Positions 40,082-50,419 are shown, counted from the first letter of the stretch. The stretch: DNA of 64,000 nt from an uncultured Spirochaetota bacterium (GCA_963734545.1 CAVTHO010000003.1:128001-192000); one strand, 5' to 3'. Notes: a model not told the origin generated them from the sequence alone. Made by a program: numbers and translations.

Positions 40082-40110
40082 TTGACACAGGCGCACGGAG
40101 CGGCTATTTT
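40082..40110 (+). promoter_or_regulatory. sigma70 promoter of ilvBN leader
   Basis: TTGACA, 17 nt, TATTTT. Confidence 0.6.
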
Positions 40111-40121
40111 CCCATAAGATC

Positions 40122-40211
40122 ATGAAGCAGATCAGCCTTCGGCATACACCGGTCGCGCTCGTCCTCGTAGTAGTCGTACTGCTCGGGAGCACCTCCGTGT
40201 GTGCACCGTAG
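40122..40211 (+). CDS. ilvBN leader peptide (29 aa)
   Basis: MKQISLRHTPVALVLVVVVLLGSTSVCAP*; Val/Leu codon run upstream of a terminator and ilvB. Confidence 0.85.
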   Translation: MKQISLRHTPVALVLVVVVLLGSTSVCAP

Positions 40212-40232
40212 GCTTATCAATTCGAGCCAGAT

Positions 40233-40270
40233 AAGCCCCCCTCGGTGAACACCGAGGGGGGCTTTTTTTT
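40233..40270 (+). terminator. Attenuator terminator
   Basis: AAGCCCCCCTCGGTG-AA-CACCGAGGGGGGCTT followed by a U-run; competing antiterminator GGCTTATC (40211-40218) / GATAAGCC (40230-40237). Confidence 0.9.
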
Positions 40271-40287
40271 CGGGCAAAGGAGGCCCC

Positions 40288-41955
40288 ATGAAGTTCAACG
40301 GCGCATCTCTCCTGATCGAGCTCCTGAAGAGACAGGGCATCGAATCCGTTGCCGGCATCCCCGGCGGCGCGAACCTTCCGCTCTATGACGCACTCGGGCG
40401 GAGCGATCTTCGCCACGTGCTGGTCCGCCATGAGCAGGCCGGCGGCTTCATGGCGCAGGGCATCGCGCGGTCCACGGGCAAAGCGGCCGTATGCTTTGCC
40501 ACGTCGGGACCGGGCGCAGTCAACCTGCTCACCGCAATCGCGGACGCGAAACTCGACTCCATACCGATCGTCGCGGTCACCGGGCAGGTTGCTTCTGCCT
40601 TGATCGGGACGGATGCATTCCAGGAAGTGGATACCTATGGAATGACCATACCGATCACCAAGCACAACTTTCTCGTCCGAAGTGCCGCGGAGCTTCTCGA
40701 AATAGTCCCCGAAGCGTTCCGGATCGCGCTTTCCGGACGCCAGGGGCCGGTCCTGATCGACCTGCCGAAGGACGTTCAGCAGGCGGCCATTGAGCGGGAC
40801 ACGCTGCCGGCGCCCGGCGTCCCCGATCCCGCGCCGGAGCCGGACGGGGCCGCCCTCGCCCACATGGCGCGCATGATCGCGGCGTCGGAGCGCCCGCTCC
40901 TGTACGTGGGCGGCGGTGTCGTCGCTTCCGGGGCGGAAGCGGAGGTGCGCGCTCTTTCGGCAGGGTGCGGCATCCCGGTGGTCACCACCCTCATGGGTCT
41001 CGGCGTGATGGAACCGGAGAATCCCCTGGGTCTCGGCATGCTCGGCATGCATGGGAGCAGGGCCACGAACTTCGCGGTCGACCGCACGGACCTCCTCATC
41101 GCGCTCGGGGTGCGGTTCGATGACCGGGCCACCGGATCGGTGGCCTCCTTCGCCCCCCACGCGCGCGTGATTCACATGGATATCGACGAGGCGGAGTTCG
41201 GGAAGATCCGCCATCCGGACATATCGTCGGGGTGCGATCTGAGCCAGGGTCTCAAGCGGTTGAACAGGCTGGTGGCGCGCGCCGAGCGCCGGGAATGGAA
41301 GGCGGAGATCGAGGCGCTGCGCGCCGCGCACTCCCTCCCGTCGCAGGAGGACGCCTCGCACCCCGCGCGCCTGATCGGCAGCCTCGCCGCGGCGGCCCCG
41401 CCGGACTGCATCGTCACCGCCGACGTCGGCCAGCACCAGATGTGGGCGGCGCAATCGTGGCCGGTGCGGAGATCGCGGAGCTTCCTCACGTCGGGCGGCC
41501 TGGGCACCATGGGGTTCGCGGTTCCCGCGGCCATGGGGGCGGCGATTGCCAATCCGGGCACCGCGGTCCTGGTCCTCACGGGAGACGGCTCGATGCTCAT
41601 GAACATCCAGGAGCTGGCGACGATTGCGGAGAACGGATTCGATGTCCGGATCTGCGTCTTGAACAATGGCCATCTCGGGCTCGTCCGCCAGCAGCAGGAG
41701 CTGTTCTACGGCAAGCGCTATGTCGCCTCGCGGTTCGACGCGCGGCCGGACTTCGCGGCAATCGCCCGCGGATTCGGCATCCGCGCATGCACGCTCCAGC
41801 TGGACCGGGACGAGGGCGCCCTCGCGCGCGCCCTTTCCGCCAGGGGACCCGTGCTTCTCGACATCGCCGTCCCGGAGACGGAGAACGTCTATCCGATGGT
41901 CCCGCCCGGCAAGAGCAACGTCGAGGCCATCTGGGCCGGGGAGAGGAACGCATGA
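40288..41955 (+). CDS. ilvB: Acetolactate synthase large subunit
   Basis: RHEQ, TSGPG, DAFQE, DVGQHQMW, GDGS..NN ThDP motif. Confidence 0.95.
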   Translation: MKFNGASLLIELLKRQGIESVAGIPGGANLPLYDALGRSDLRHVLVRHEQAGGFMAQGIARSTGKAAVCFATSGPGAVNLLTAIADAKLDSIPIVAVTGQVASALIGTDAFQEVDTYGMTIPITKHNFLVRSAAELLEIVPEAFRIALSGRQGPVLIDLPKDVQQAAIERDTLPAPGVPDPAPEPDGAALAHMARMIAASERPLLYVGGGVVASGAEAEVRALSAGCGIPVVTTLMGLGVMEPENPLGLGMLGMHGSRATNFAVDRTDLLIALGVRFDDRATGSVASFAPHARVIHMDIDEAEFGKIRHPDISSGCDLSQGLKRLNRLVARAERREWKAEIEALRAAHSLPSQEDASHPARLIGSLAAAAPPDCIVTADVGQHQMWAAQSWPVRRSRSFLTSGGLGTMGFAVPAAMGAAIANPGTAVLVLTGDGSMLMNIQELATIAENGFDVRICVLNNGHLGLVRQQQELFYGKRYVASRFDARPDFAAIARGFGIRACTLQLDRDEGALARALSARGPVLLDIAVPETENVYPMVPPGKSNVEAIWAGERNA

Positions 41956-42251
41956 ACACCCTGCCGAATACCATTGTCAAGCTGAAGGTGAGGAATCACC
42001 CGGGAGCAATGTCCCATATCACGGGCCTCTTCTCCCGGCGCGGCTTCAATCTCGAGGGAATCCTCTGCGCCCCCGTGGGCAGCGGGGAGGACAGCGCGAT
42101 GTACCTTCTGGTGCGGAACGACGAGAGGCTGGAACAGATCGTGAAGCAGCTTCGCAAGCTCTACGACGTGATGTCGGTGGTCGTGCAGGACGACCTGGAT
42201 CACACCGTGTTCAACCGCATCGAGGAGCTTTTGGGGGACGCCCGGCTCTAG
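41952..42251 (+). CDS. ilvN: Acetolactate synthase small (ACT) subunit
   Basis: VRNHPGAMSHITGLFSRRGFNLEGI...LEQIVKQL. Confidence 0.92.
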   Translation: MNTLPNTIVKLKVRNHPGAMSHITGLFSRRGFNLEGILCAPVGSGEDSAMYLLVRNDERLEQIVKQLRKLYDVMSVVVQDDLDHTVFNRIEELLGDARL

Positions 42252-42383
42252 AATGCGCGAGTACGCGCCGCCCTAGAATGTCGGCGTCTGCTGCATGATC
42301 TTTTCGCGAGCGTGAATCCCTCATTTTGGTGATGCCGCGCGGATCGAGTTTTTTCTACTCTCAGGCATGCGAGGAGAAGAAAG

Positions 42384-42863
42384 ATGATCGATCTCGACGT
42401 GGAATCCCTGTACAATCGATACGGACCCATGGTGATGCGGAGGTGCATGCACCTCCTCCGAAACGAGGAAGAAGCGGCGGATGCCATGCAGGAGACCTTC
42501 GTGCGCGTCCTCACTCACAGGACCACGCTGCACGCCGGGTACCCTTCCAGCCTGTTGTACCGTATTGCCACGAACGTCTGCCTCAACCTCATGCGCACAA
42601 AACGGCGCAAGCCGACCCTCCGGGGCGAGCCGTTCCTCGAGATGGTGGGTGAGGAGAGCCACGAGGAGCGGGTCCTGGACGCCTATCTGATCGAACAGAT
42701 CTTCAGTGGAGCAAAGGAAAGCACCCGGCGGACGGCAGAAGCCTATTATCTGGAATGCGGGACGATCAGAGAGACCGCACAGCGGGTGGGGCTGTCGAGC
42801 TCCGGCGTGCGCAAGCGGCTGTCCGCGCTGCGCCGGCAGGGTCTTGCCCTCATGAATCGCTAG
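42384..42863 (+). CDS. ECF sigma factor
   Basis: DAMQETFVR region 2, LYRIATN, C-terminal HTH. Confidence 0.85.
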   Translation: MIDLDVESLYNRYGPMVMRRCMHLLRNEEEAADAMQETFVRVLTHRTTLHAGYPSSLLYRIATNVCLNLMRTKRRKPTLRGEPFLEMVGEESHEERVLDAYLIEQIFSGAKESTRRTAEAYYLECGTIRETAQRVGLSSSGVRKRLSALRRQGLALMNR

Positions 42864-42914
42864 ACGGGGCGCCTCCCGTACGTCCGTGCACTCGGCGCCC
42901 CTCGGCGTCCCTGC

Positions 42915-45251
42915 CTACGGGGCAAGGGGCGCCACCACGGTCACGCATGTGCCCCGGCCCGGGCCAGAGTCCACGGTCAGGCCGCCCGCAATCCTCTCCA
43001 CCCGCTCCCGCATGCTGCGCAGCCCTATCCCGCCGCTCGCCTGCGCCTGGTCGAGCTCGAATCCCACACCGTCATCGCTGATCTCCAGGCGCGCCTCTTC
43101 CTCCCCGAATCGCAGGAGAATCCGCACCGCGTGGGCGCGCGAGTGTTTCAGGGTATTGTTCAACGCCTCCTGCGCGATCTGATACAGCTCCTGGCGGACG
43201 CGCGGGTCCAGGCGCTCGGTTCCCTCCACGTTGTAGCCCACGGACATGCCGCCGCGTGACTCGACGGCGTCCAGTCGAATCTGGAGAGCGTCGACGAGGC
43301 TGCCCTTTTCCAGGGCCGGCGGGGCGAGCTCGAAGATCAGCAGCCGCATCTCCCGAAGGGTCTCGCGGGCCGTGCCTCCCAGCTCCCGCAGGTGCTCGGC
43401 GGCCTCGGCCGTCTGGTTGGCCTGGAGATGACGCGCGGCAGCCTCGGCGTAGAGGGTGACGCTGTACAGAGACTGCGTCACCGAATCGTGAAGCTCCCGG
43501 GCCAGGCGGTTGCGTTCGGCAAAGACCGCCGCCTGCTCCGCCTGGCCGCGCAGCCGGGCGTTCTGAATCGCCAGGGCGGCCTGTGATGCAAGGCTCGAGG
43601 CCACGAGGATCTCTTCGTCGCTGAAGTTTCTCGGCTGGCGATAGTACAGGGTGATCCCTCCATAGCCCTCCCCCTGGACGATCAGCGGAACGGAAAGAAG
43701 CGCCCTGAAACCGCGGCCTACCATGAGCCGCAGGCCGGCCGCTTCTTCCGCATACTCCGGGCTCATCTGGTGCTCCTGCAGATCCACCAACGCGGCAGCA
43801 TCCGGGACAGTGACCGGCTCCTGGGCCGCCAGCGCCCTGCCGGCACCGCCCTTGCCCGGAGAGAATCGCACATTCGCGACGTATTCGGGGTCCAGGCCGC
43901 ACGAGGCCCGAATGCGGAGCGCTCCCCCGGGTGCCTCGGTCTGCATGAGCGAAGCCGCGTCGCTGCCGATGAGCCGGCATGCCTGGCTCACGATGAAATT
44001 CAGCGTTTCCTGGAGCGGCCGATTGGAGTTGAGAACGGAGAGCATCTCCCGCAGGCCTTCGGCGACTTCGCGCCGCCTGTCCGCGTCCGCCCGGCCGATC
44101 TTTTCCCTCTCCAGGAGCCGCGCGTTCTCGATTGCAAGCCCGATCTGCCGTCCCACGGCGATGAGCAGGGAGCCCTCTTCCGGCGTCAGCACCCGGTCCT
44201 GCCGGGAATTGATCACGAGCGCGCCGACCAGCTTGCCTTTGGCCGCCAGCGGCACGCCGATCATCTGCCGGAGCCCTTCCGCCTTGATGAACTGCTTGAG
44301 CTGCCCTTCCGGATACTCGTCGATGGAAAATGAAATCGGCTCGTCGAGACTGACCTGCCTGCCCGCCAGGGCCGTCTCCAGGGGAAGACGCTTCATGCGG
44401 CGGATGAAGTCCTCGGACAGTCCGCGGTGGGCGAGCATGACCAGGGTGCCGCTCCCTTCCTCCAGCGAGTAGGCGCCGCCCGACTCGATCCTGAATGCCT
44501 GCATCGTCTTTGCAAGAGATACGCGCAGGATGTCCCGGAGACTCACGAGCCCGCTCACCACCGCGGCCACCGAGTTGACCAGCTCCAGCTCGCGCGTGCG
44601 CGCCTGCATTCTCTCATCCAGCGCCTCATAGGCATGCTCGAGCTCCGTGGCAATGCGGTTGCTCGCCGTCAGCGTTCGGAGGTGCTTCGCGTAGAAGCGC
44701 TCCACGAGCACCGTCAGCGTGATCAGGAAGACCGTGAGCGCCGCCCCCGCTTCGATCCAGAAGCCCGCGCTCAGGGGATTTTCCTTCTCCGCGAGCCACT
44801 GCGCGAGAACCCCCCCTGCGGCCAGGGAGGCGAATGCCGCGTACATGCCGAGGCTGACGGCGAGACACAGCCAGCCCGCGCGCCCGTTGATCAGGATGAC
44901 GGCCGCCGCGGGGAGGATCATGAGGTAGAGCCGCCCGCTGCCCGCCAGGCCCACCCGGGCGAAGCTCGCCGCCGCGTTGATGTAGGCCACGAAGAAGAAC
45001 GCCGCTGCGCGCAGCGTCACATCCAGCCGGGGGAGGAAGGCGAGCAGGGCGAACGTGATATACACGCCCCCGTAGATCCACAGGAGGGGAGTGGCCTGCC
45101 CGCGGAGGACCGCGGCCACGATCGTGGACGCATAGGCCGGCAATCCCGTGCCGAGAACGACGACAAGAACCAGGTAGAGAGCCCTGCTCCTCCACGCCTG
45201 GAGGTCCGTCTCTCCGCCTGTCCGGAGGTCACTGCTTCGGATCTGCCGCAT
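42915..45251 (-). CDS. Membrane sensor histidine kinase with two GAF domains (HisKA_3/NarX type)
   Basis: N-terminal TM helices, ERNRLARELHDSVTQ, EALNN..KH, DDGVGF. Confidence 0.92.
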   Translation of the reverse strand: MRQIRSSDLRTGGETDLQAWRSRALYLVLVVVLGTGLPAYASTIVAAVLRGQATPLLWIYGGVYITFALLAFLPRLDVTLRAAAFFFVAYINAAASFARVGLAGSGRLYLMILPAAAVILINGRAGWLCLAVSLGMYAAFASLAAGGVLAQWLAEKENPLSAGFWIEAGAALTVFLITLTVLVERFYAKHLRTLTASNRIATELEHAYEALDERMQARTRELELVNSVAAVVSGLVSLRDILRVSLAKTMQAFRIESGGAYSLEEGSGTLVMLAHRGLSEDFIRRMKRLPLETALAGRQVSLDEPISFSIDEYPEGQLKQFIKAEGLRQMIGVPLAAKGKLVGALVINSRQDRVLTPEEGSLLIAVGRQIGLAIENARLLEREKIGRADADRRREVAEGLREMLSVLNSNRPLQETLNFIVSQACRLIGSDAASLMQTEAPGGALRIRASCGLDPEYVANVRFSPGKGGAGRALAAQEPVTVPDAAALVDLQEHQMSPEYAEEAAGLRLMVGRGFRALLSVPLIVQGEGYGGITLYYRQPRNFSDEEILVASSLASQAALAIQNARLRGQAEQAAVFAERNRLARELHDSVTQSLYSVTLYAEAAARHLQANQTAEAAEHLRELGGTARETLREMRLLIFELAPPALEKGSLVDALQIRLDAVESRGGMSVGYNVEGTERLDPRVRQELYQIAQEALNNTLKHSRAHAVRILLRFGEEEARLEISDDGVGFELDQAQASGGIGLRSMRERVERIAGGLTVDSGPGRGTCVTVVAPLAP

Positions 45252-45296
45252 GTCCCTCGATCCTAAGGCCGGGCGGAAAGGCGCGCAAGAACCTTT

Positions 45297-45650
45297 TCAG
45301 GATCCGACGAGCGCTGTCACCGCTCCCAGGAGCTGCTCGGGGCTCTCCCCCTTGCTCACGAATGCGTCGGCACCGGCTGTCCTGGCTTCTTCCCGGTAGT
45401 CGTGCAGGGACAGGATGAGAATCTTGATTTCCGGCTGTCGTGACTTGATGCGCCGAGTGGCGGTAAGGCCGTCCAGCTCCGGCATGCGGATGTCCATCAG
45501 GATGAGCTGCGGACGGACTTCCGCCGCGAGGCGGTCCGCCTCCAGTCCTGTCGCGGCCTCCCAGATCTCCGATCCGGGCAATGAGGCCGATAAAAGGGCC
45601 TTCAGGCCGCTGCGGGCGTGTTTCTGATCGTCCGCGATGATAATTTTCAC
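45297..45650 (-). CDS. Single-domain response regulator
   Basis: IADD, LMDIRMP, VSK. Confidence 0.85.
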   Translation of the reverse strand: MKIIIADDQKHARSGLKALLSASLPGSEIWEAATGLEADRLAAEVRPQLILMDIRMPELDGLTATRRIKSRQPEIKILILSLHDYREEARTAGADAFVSKGESPEQLLGAVTALVGS

Positions 45651-45759
45651 CCGTTGTGTCTCCTGGACCGGCGTTTCGAGGCCGCCGCGCCCGGGAACTA
45701 TAAGTCCGGATCAGGGCCCGGGAGCATCGCCAAAAAGAGTGATTTTTCGGAAAGCGCCT

Positions 45760-46434
45760 CTAGGGCGAATGGTGGGCGGGAAAATCGTCCAACGAGGCGA
45801 GCCCGGAACGGAGCGCATAGAGGGCCGCCTGGGTCCTGCTGGCGAGGTGGAGCTTGCTCAGGACATTGCTCACGTGGGTGCGCACGGTCCACTCCGCCAC
45901 GAAGATCTTCGCCGCGATCTCCTTGTTGCTGAGGCCCTGGGAGATCAGGCGAAGCACTTCCAGCTCCCGCTGCGTGAGAGGCTCCGCGGTCGGCTTGCCC
46001 TTTCCCGGGTGGGAAAGCTCCTGCAGGACTTTGCGGGCGATGGCGGGCTCCAGCGAGGGCTCGCCGCGGTAGACCTGCCGGATGGCTTCCAGAAGCTGCT
46101 CGGGGCTGGAATCCTTCAGCAGGTATCCGAGCGCCCCCGCCTTCATCGCGGGGAAAACCTTGTCGTCCGCCGCAAAGCTGGTGAGCACGAGGATCCTGGC
46201 CCCGGGCTGCTGCGCGGTAATCCTGCTGGTGGCCTCTATGCCGTCCATGCTGGGCATGACGAGATCCATGAGGATGACATCCGGCGTGAGAGAGGCCGCC
46301 TTTTCCACCGCTTCCGTCCCGTTCTCGGCTTCTCCGACCACCTGCATGTCTTTTTCCGTTGCGACGAGCGCCTTGATTCCGCGGCGGACGATCCCGTGAT
46401 CGTCGACGATCAGCAGGCGTATGACATCTTTCAC
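45760..46434 (-). CDS. NarL/LuxR-family response regulator
   Basis: LIVDDH, LMDLVMP, LTQRELEVL..GLSNKEIA. Confidence 0.92.
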   Translation of the reverse strand: MKDVIRLLIVDDHGIVRRGIKALVATEKDMQVVGEAENGTEAVEKAASLTPDVILMDLVMPSMDGIEATSRITAQQPGARILVLTSFAADDKVFPAMKAGALGYLLKDSSPEQLLEAIRQVYRGEPSLEPAIARKVLQELSHPGKGKPTAEPLTQRELEVLRLISQGLSNKEIAAKIFVAEWTVRTHVSNVLSKLHLASRTQAALYALRSGLASLDDFPAHHSP

Positions 46435-46709
46435 AGGACAATTCTCCCGCGACGAGTATAGCAGATCAGTCTCTTCTCGCACAGGTGCGTGACTGCCGTG
46501 CCGGCGCAGGCCGCGCAATCGAGGCGGGGGCGCCTTCCTGATGTCGAATGAATTTGATATGATTTCGTCCACGAATTCAGACAAAAGAGCAGAATGGATT
46601 ATTCTCCGCGCAGGAGGCGCTCTAATTGCTTTAATATTGAACAATTATCCGTGACGGATGGGCGCGCATACTGGCACCCTATTTGCATTGACACCTGGTG
46701 GGGGAAAGA

Positions 46710-46961
46710 ATGATGACTCGGCAGGAAGTTTTGTACGAGCTGGAGAAAGTCCTCGAGAAGCCCAAAGGGGCCCTCACGGGCGGCGAGCTTCTTGACGATC
46801 TGCCCGAATGGGACTCGCTTGCCATTCTTGCGTACATTGCACTGGTGGAGAAGAAAACGGGTGTTGTGCTCGACAGCCTGCTGCTCTCCCGGGCACGGAC
46901 CGTGAATGATCTTGTCCGTCTCGTGGTCCCGGACCCGGTCGCCCCGGCCGCGCGCGAGTGA
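46710..46961 (+). CDS. Acyl carrier protein
   Basis: EWDSL phosphopantetheine Ser motif, acidic ~80 aa, next to FabH-like gene. Confidence 0.8.
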   Translation: MMTRQEVLYELEKVLEKPKGALTGGELLDDLPEWDSLAILAYIALVEKKTGVVLDSLLLSRARTVNDLVRLVVPDPVAPAARE

Positions 46962-46986
46962 GGCCGTGAGGGGCGGCGGCAATCGG

Positions 46987-47991
46987 ATGAACCGCGCATG
47001 CATCTCGGCCATCGAATATTACCTGCCTGAAAACGTGCTCACGAACGAGGATCTCTCCAGGGATTTTCCCGAGTGGAGCCCCGACAAGATACTCGCCAAG
47101 ACGGGAATCGCCCGCCGTCACATTGCCGCTCCGGGAGAGACGTCTGTGGACATGGCGGTCAAGGCGGCGGAGAAGATGTTCGCCAAGGGCAAGGTGAAGC
47201 GCGAGCAGGTCGACTTCGTGATTCTCTGCACGCAGAGCCCCGATTACTACCTGCCGACGTCCGCGTGCATCCTGCAGGACCGGCTCGGAATCCCGACACG
47301 AACCGGGAGCTTTGACATGAACCTCGGCTGCTCGGGGTTCATCTATGGACTGGCCCTCGCGAAGGGGCTCATCGAATCCGGAAGCGCCGGAGAGGTCCTT
47401 CTCATCACGGCGGACACCTACACCAAGCTCCTGCGGCCGGAGGACAGGAGCGTGCGGAGTATTTTCAGCGACGCGGCGGCCGCAACACTCATACGCGCCG
47501 AGCCGGGCGCAGGCGAAGGAAAGCAGCCCATCGGCCCTTTCAGCTTCGGCACCGACGGCTCGGGGGCGGAGAGCCTCATCGTGCGGACCGGGGGATTTCG
47601 CAATCCCGGTTCACCCGCCGAAGGAATGCCCTTTCTCGAGATGGACGGGCCGGGGGTGTTTGCATTCGGGCTGAAGCGCGTTCCGGAGGCCATCACGGAC
47701 CTGCTCCAGAAATGCGAGCTCAGCCTTTCATGTGTCGACCTGTTTATTTTTCACCAGGCGAGCATGTTCATGCTGGAGACCCTGCGCGAGCGCCTGCAGA
47801 TCGCCCCCGAGCGCTTTTTCGTGAATATCGCCCTCCATGGCAACACGGTTTCCAGCACGATTCCCATTGCGATATGCGACGCGTACGCGCAAGGGCTTGC
47901 GCGGCCCATGAGCACGCTTTTTCTGGTCGGATTCGGCGTCGGACTCTCCTGGGCTGCGGCCCGGGTGACGCTGCCCGCCCCCCTCGCATAG
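46987..47991 (+). CDS. 3-oxoacyl-ACP synthase III (FabH-like)
   Basis: Cys-His-Asn triad LGCSG, FHQAS, HGNT; GFGVGLSW. Confidence 0.9.
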   Translation: MNRACISAIEYYLPENVLTNEDLSRDFPEWSPDKILAKTGIARRHIAAPGETSVDMAVKAAEKMFAKGKVKREQVDFVILCTQSPDYYLPTSACILQDRLGIPTRTGSFDMNLGCSGFIYGLALAKGLIESGSAGEVLLITADTYTKLLRPEDRSVRSIFSDAAAATLIRAEPGAGEGKQPIGPFSFGTDGSGAESLIVRTGGFRNPGSPAEGMPFLEMDGPGVFAFGLKRVPEAITDLLQKCELSLSCVDLFIFHQASMFMLETLRERLQIAPERFFVNIALHGNTVSSTIPIAICDAYAQGLARPMSTLFLVGFGVGLSWAAARVTLPAPLA

Positions 47992-48063
47992 GGCCGGGGG
48001 CAGACCGCGGCATTTGACGGGCACGAGAGGGACGAATACCTTATAATGTCCCGGGGAACGTAA

Positions 48064-49623
48064 ATGAAAAGGCTCGCCTGTTCCGTCGCCCTGCTGCTCC
48101 TGGCCGTATTCTCATTCGCGGAGGATTTTTTCGACCTGGTGTCCCAGAGCACGCCGGAGCTCATACTGGCGGCCGTCAGGACAGGGGCAAAGCTCAACGA
48201 CAGGGACAAGTATGGCAGGACCCCCCTCATGTTCGCCGCCCGGTTCAACCCGAACGCCGAGGTCATCAGTGCCCTGCTGAAAGCCGGGGCGAAGATCGAA
48301 GAAAAGGACAAAGGCGATCGGACTCCTCTCATGTTCGCCGCGGCGGGCAATGAGAACCCGGAAGTGATCAACGAGCTGCTGAAATCCGGGGCAAAAGTCG
48401 ATGCCAAGGACGAGGATGGAATGACCCCGCTCATGAATGCGGCGGCCACCAATGGGAACCCGGACGTCGCCGGCGAATTGGTGAAAGCGGGAGCAAGAGT
48501 GGACGACAGGGACAAGAACGGCAGGACCGCTCTCATGCTCGCCGCGCGGGACAATGAAAATCCGGAGGTGGTCGCGACCCTCTTGAAATCAGGGGCACGG
48601 ACAGGGGAGCGGGACAGGGACGGAGTGACCCCCCTCATGTTTGCGGCGGTCCATAACGGCAATCCCGAGGTGGTCCTGTTTCTGCTGAACGCCGGTGCGC
48701 GGACCGACGTCAAGGATGCAAGCGGAAGGACGCCCCTCATGGATGCCGCCTATCACACCCAGAGCGTCGACGTGATCTCCGCGTTCCTGAAGGCCGGCGC
48801 GAAGATCGACGATCGGGACAGGTACAACATGACCCCGCTCATGTTCGCCGCGGGCTTCAACGGCGACATCGGTGTATTGAACGCCCTGCTGGAGGCGGGG
48901 GCTGACGTCAGCGACAGGGACCTGGACGGCCACACCCCCCTGATGTGGGCTGCATACAACAACCCGAACCCGAACGTGCTTGCGGCGCTGATACGGGAGG
49001 GAGCGGTAGTCGAGGACAAGGACGCGAAAGGTCAAACGTCCCTGATGTGGGCCTGCTTGAACAATTCGGACCCGGATATCGTGAAGCTGCTCCTGAAGGA
49101 GGGGGCAAACGTGGAGGACAGGGCGCTGAACGGATTCACGCCGCTCATGTTCGCCGCAAAAAACGCCAACCCCGAAGTGCTGAAGCTGCTTCTGGCATCC
49201 GGAGCGAACCGAAACGACAGGGACGCGAACGGCGGAACCGCGCTGATGTCCGCTGCCTACGACAACTCGAACCCCAAGGTGTTACGGGCGCTGCTGGCGG
49301 CGGGGGAAAGCGTCGACGCGAAGGATTCGAATGGCGGGACCGCCCTGATGTCCGCCGCGTACAACAATCTGAACCCGGAAGTGCTCTCTTTGCTGCTGGA
49401 AGCGGGGGCGCAGATCAATGCGCAGGACAATGAGGGCATGACCCCCCTCATGTGGGCGGCAAAACACAACACGAACCCCGATGTGATCTCCGTGCTCCTG
49501 AGGGCCGGCGCGAATGGAAAGCTGACGAGCAGGGAAGGCAAGACCGCCGGCGCCTATGCCGAGGAAAACGAAAAGCTCAAAGGCACCGCCCAGTATTGGG
49601 ACCTGAACAACGCACGGTTCTAG
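48064..49623 (+). CDS. Secreted ankyrin-repeat protein
   Basis: Signal peptide plus 13 tandem ~34-aa repeats (G.TPLM.AA..N.NPEV...LL.AGA). Confidence 0.92.
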   Translation: MKRLACSVALLLLAVFSFAEDFFDLVSQSTPELILAAVRTGAKLNDRDKYGRTPLMFAARFNPNAEVISALLKAGAKIEEKDKGDRTPLMFAAAGNENPEVINELLKSGAKVDAKDEDGMTPLMNAAATNGNPDVAGELVKAGARVDDRDKNGRTALMLAARDNENPEVVATLLKSGARTGERDRDGVTPLMFAAVHNGNPEVVLFLLNAGARTDVKDASGRTPLMDAAYHTQSVDVISAFLKAGAKIDDRDRYNMTPLMFAAGFNGDIGVLNALLEAGADVSDRDLDGHTPLMWAAYNNPNPNVLAALIREGAVVEDKDAKGQTSLMWACLNNSDPDIVKLLLKEGANVEDRALNGFTPLMFAAKNANPEVLKLLLASGANRNDRDANGGTALMSAAYDNSNPKVLRALLAAGESVDAKDSNGGTALMSAAYNNLNPEVLSLLLEAGAQINAQDNEGMTPLMWAAKHNTNPDVISVLLRAGANGKLTSREGKTAGAYAEENEKLKGTAQYWDLNNARF

Positions 49624-49746
49624 GGAGCTGGCCGCGACCGCCCCTCTTCCACCTTGCCCTGCAGCTTCGCCGTCAGCCGTTCAGATTCGATTATCAATGC
49701 CGTCCGCACGCGTTTGAACAAATGATGCAAATTCAGCTTTGACCTC

Positions 49747-49786
49747 TTGACAGAACCATGTGACTATTAGTACTAATATAGTCACA
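49747..49786 (+). promoter_or_regulatory. Promoter with TetR-type operator palindrome
   Basis: TTGACA at 49747; inverted repeat TGTGACTAT (49759-49767) / ATAGTCACA (49778-49786). Confidence 0.7.
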
Positions 49787-49805
49787 GAGATCAGAGGAAA
49801 GAAAA

Positions 49806-50405
49806 ATGCCAAAAGCCTGGAGCGAACGGGAAAAGGACCTGGTAAAGAAGACCCTGCAGAAAGAAGGAAAGAAGCTTTTTGAAAAGTTCGGCCTGCAAAA
49901 GACAACCATCGACGACATCGTCAGGGCTGCCCGCATTTCAAAGGGAGCCTTCTACCTCTTCTATCCATCCAAAGAGCTGCTCTACCAGGAGATCTCAGAG
50001 GCAATCCAGGCTGAAAACCGCAGGAAGGTCTACGACAAGGTCTTCGAGCCTGCGGCCAGCCCAAAGGAAGGTTTCAAGTCTGCTCTGCGATTTGCGCTGA
50101 ATCTTCTGACCTCCACTCCCATGTTCCAGCAAATGGGCAGCGCGGATTACGCATACCTGATGCGAAAGCTCCCGGATGAAATGAAAAGCCAGAGCATGGT
50201 GGGTTACATCGATGAGTTCGTCGGGAACTTCAACACCTGGATCGAAAACGGCTCGATGCGCAAGGTCGACCCTCTGGGTTTGAAAGGCCTCTTCATGTCC
50301 CTGGTGTACCTGGTCATCCACCGCGAGGATTTCGATGAGCCGGGTTTCAACGCGGCAAAAGAGCTGTGGATCGACATGATCTCCGAATACCTGATCAAGG
50401 ATTGA
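49806..50405 (+). CDS. TetR/AcrR-family regulator
   Basis: TTIDDIVRAARISKGAFYLFYPSKE. Confidence 0.9.
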   Translation: MPKAWSEREKDLVKKTLQKEGKKLFEKFGLQKTTIDDIVRAARISKGAFYLFYPSKELLYQEISEAIQAENRRKVYDKVFEPAASPKEGFKSALRFALNLLTSTPMFQQMGSADYAYLMRKLPDEMKSQSMVGYIDEFVGNFNTWIENGSMRKVDPLGLKGLFMSLVYLVIHREDFDEPGFNAAKELWIDMISEYLIKD

Positions 50406-50419
50406 GGGAGGTGGGCGTA

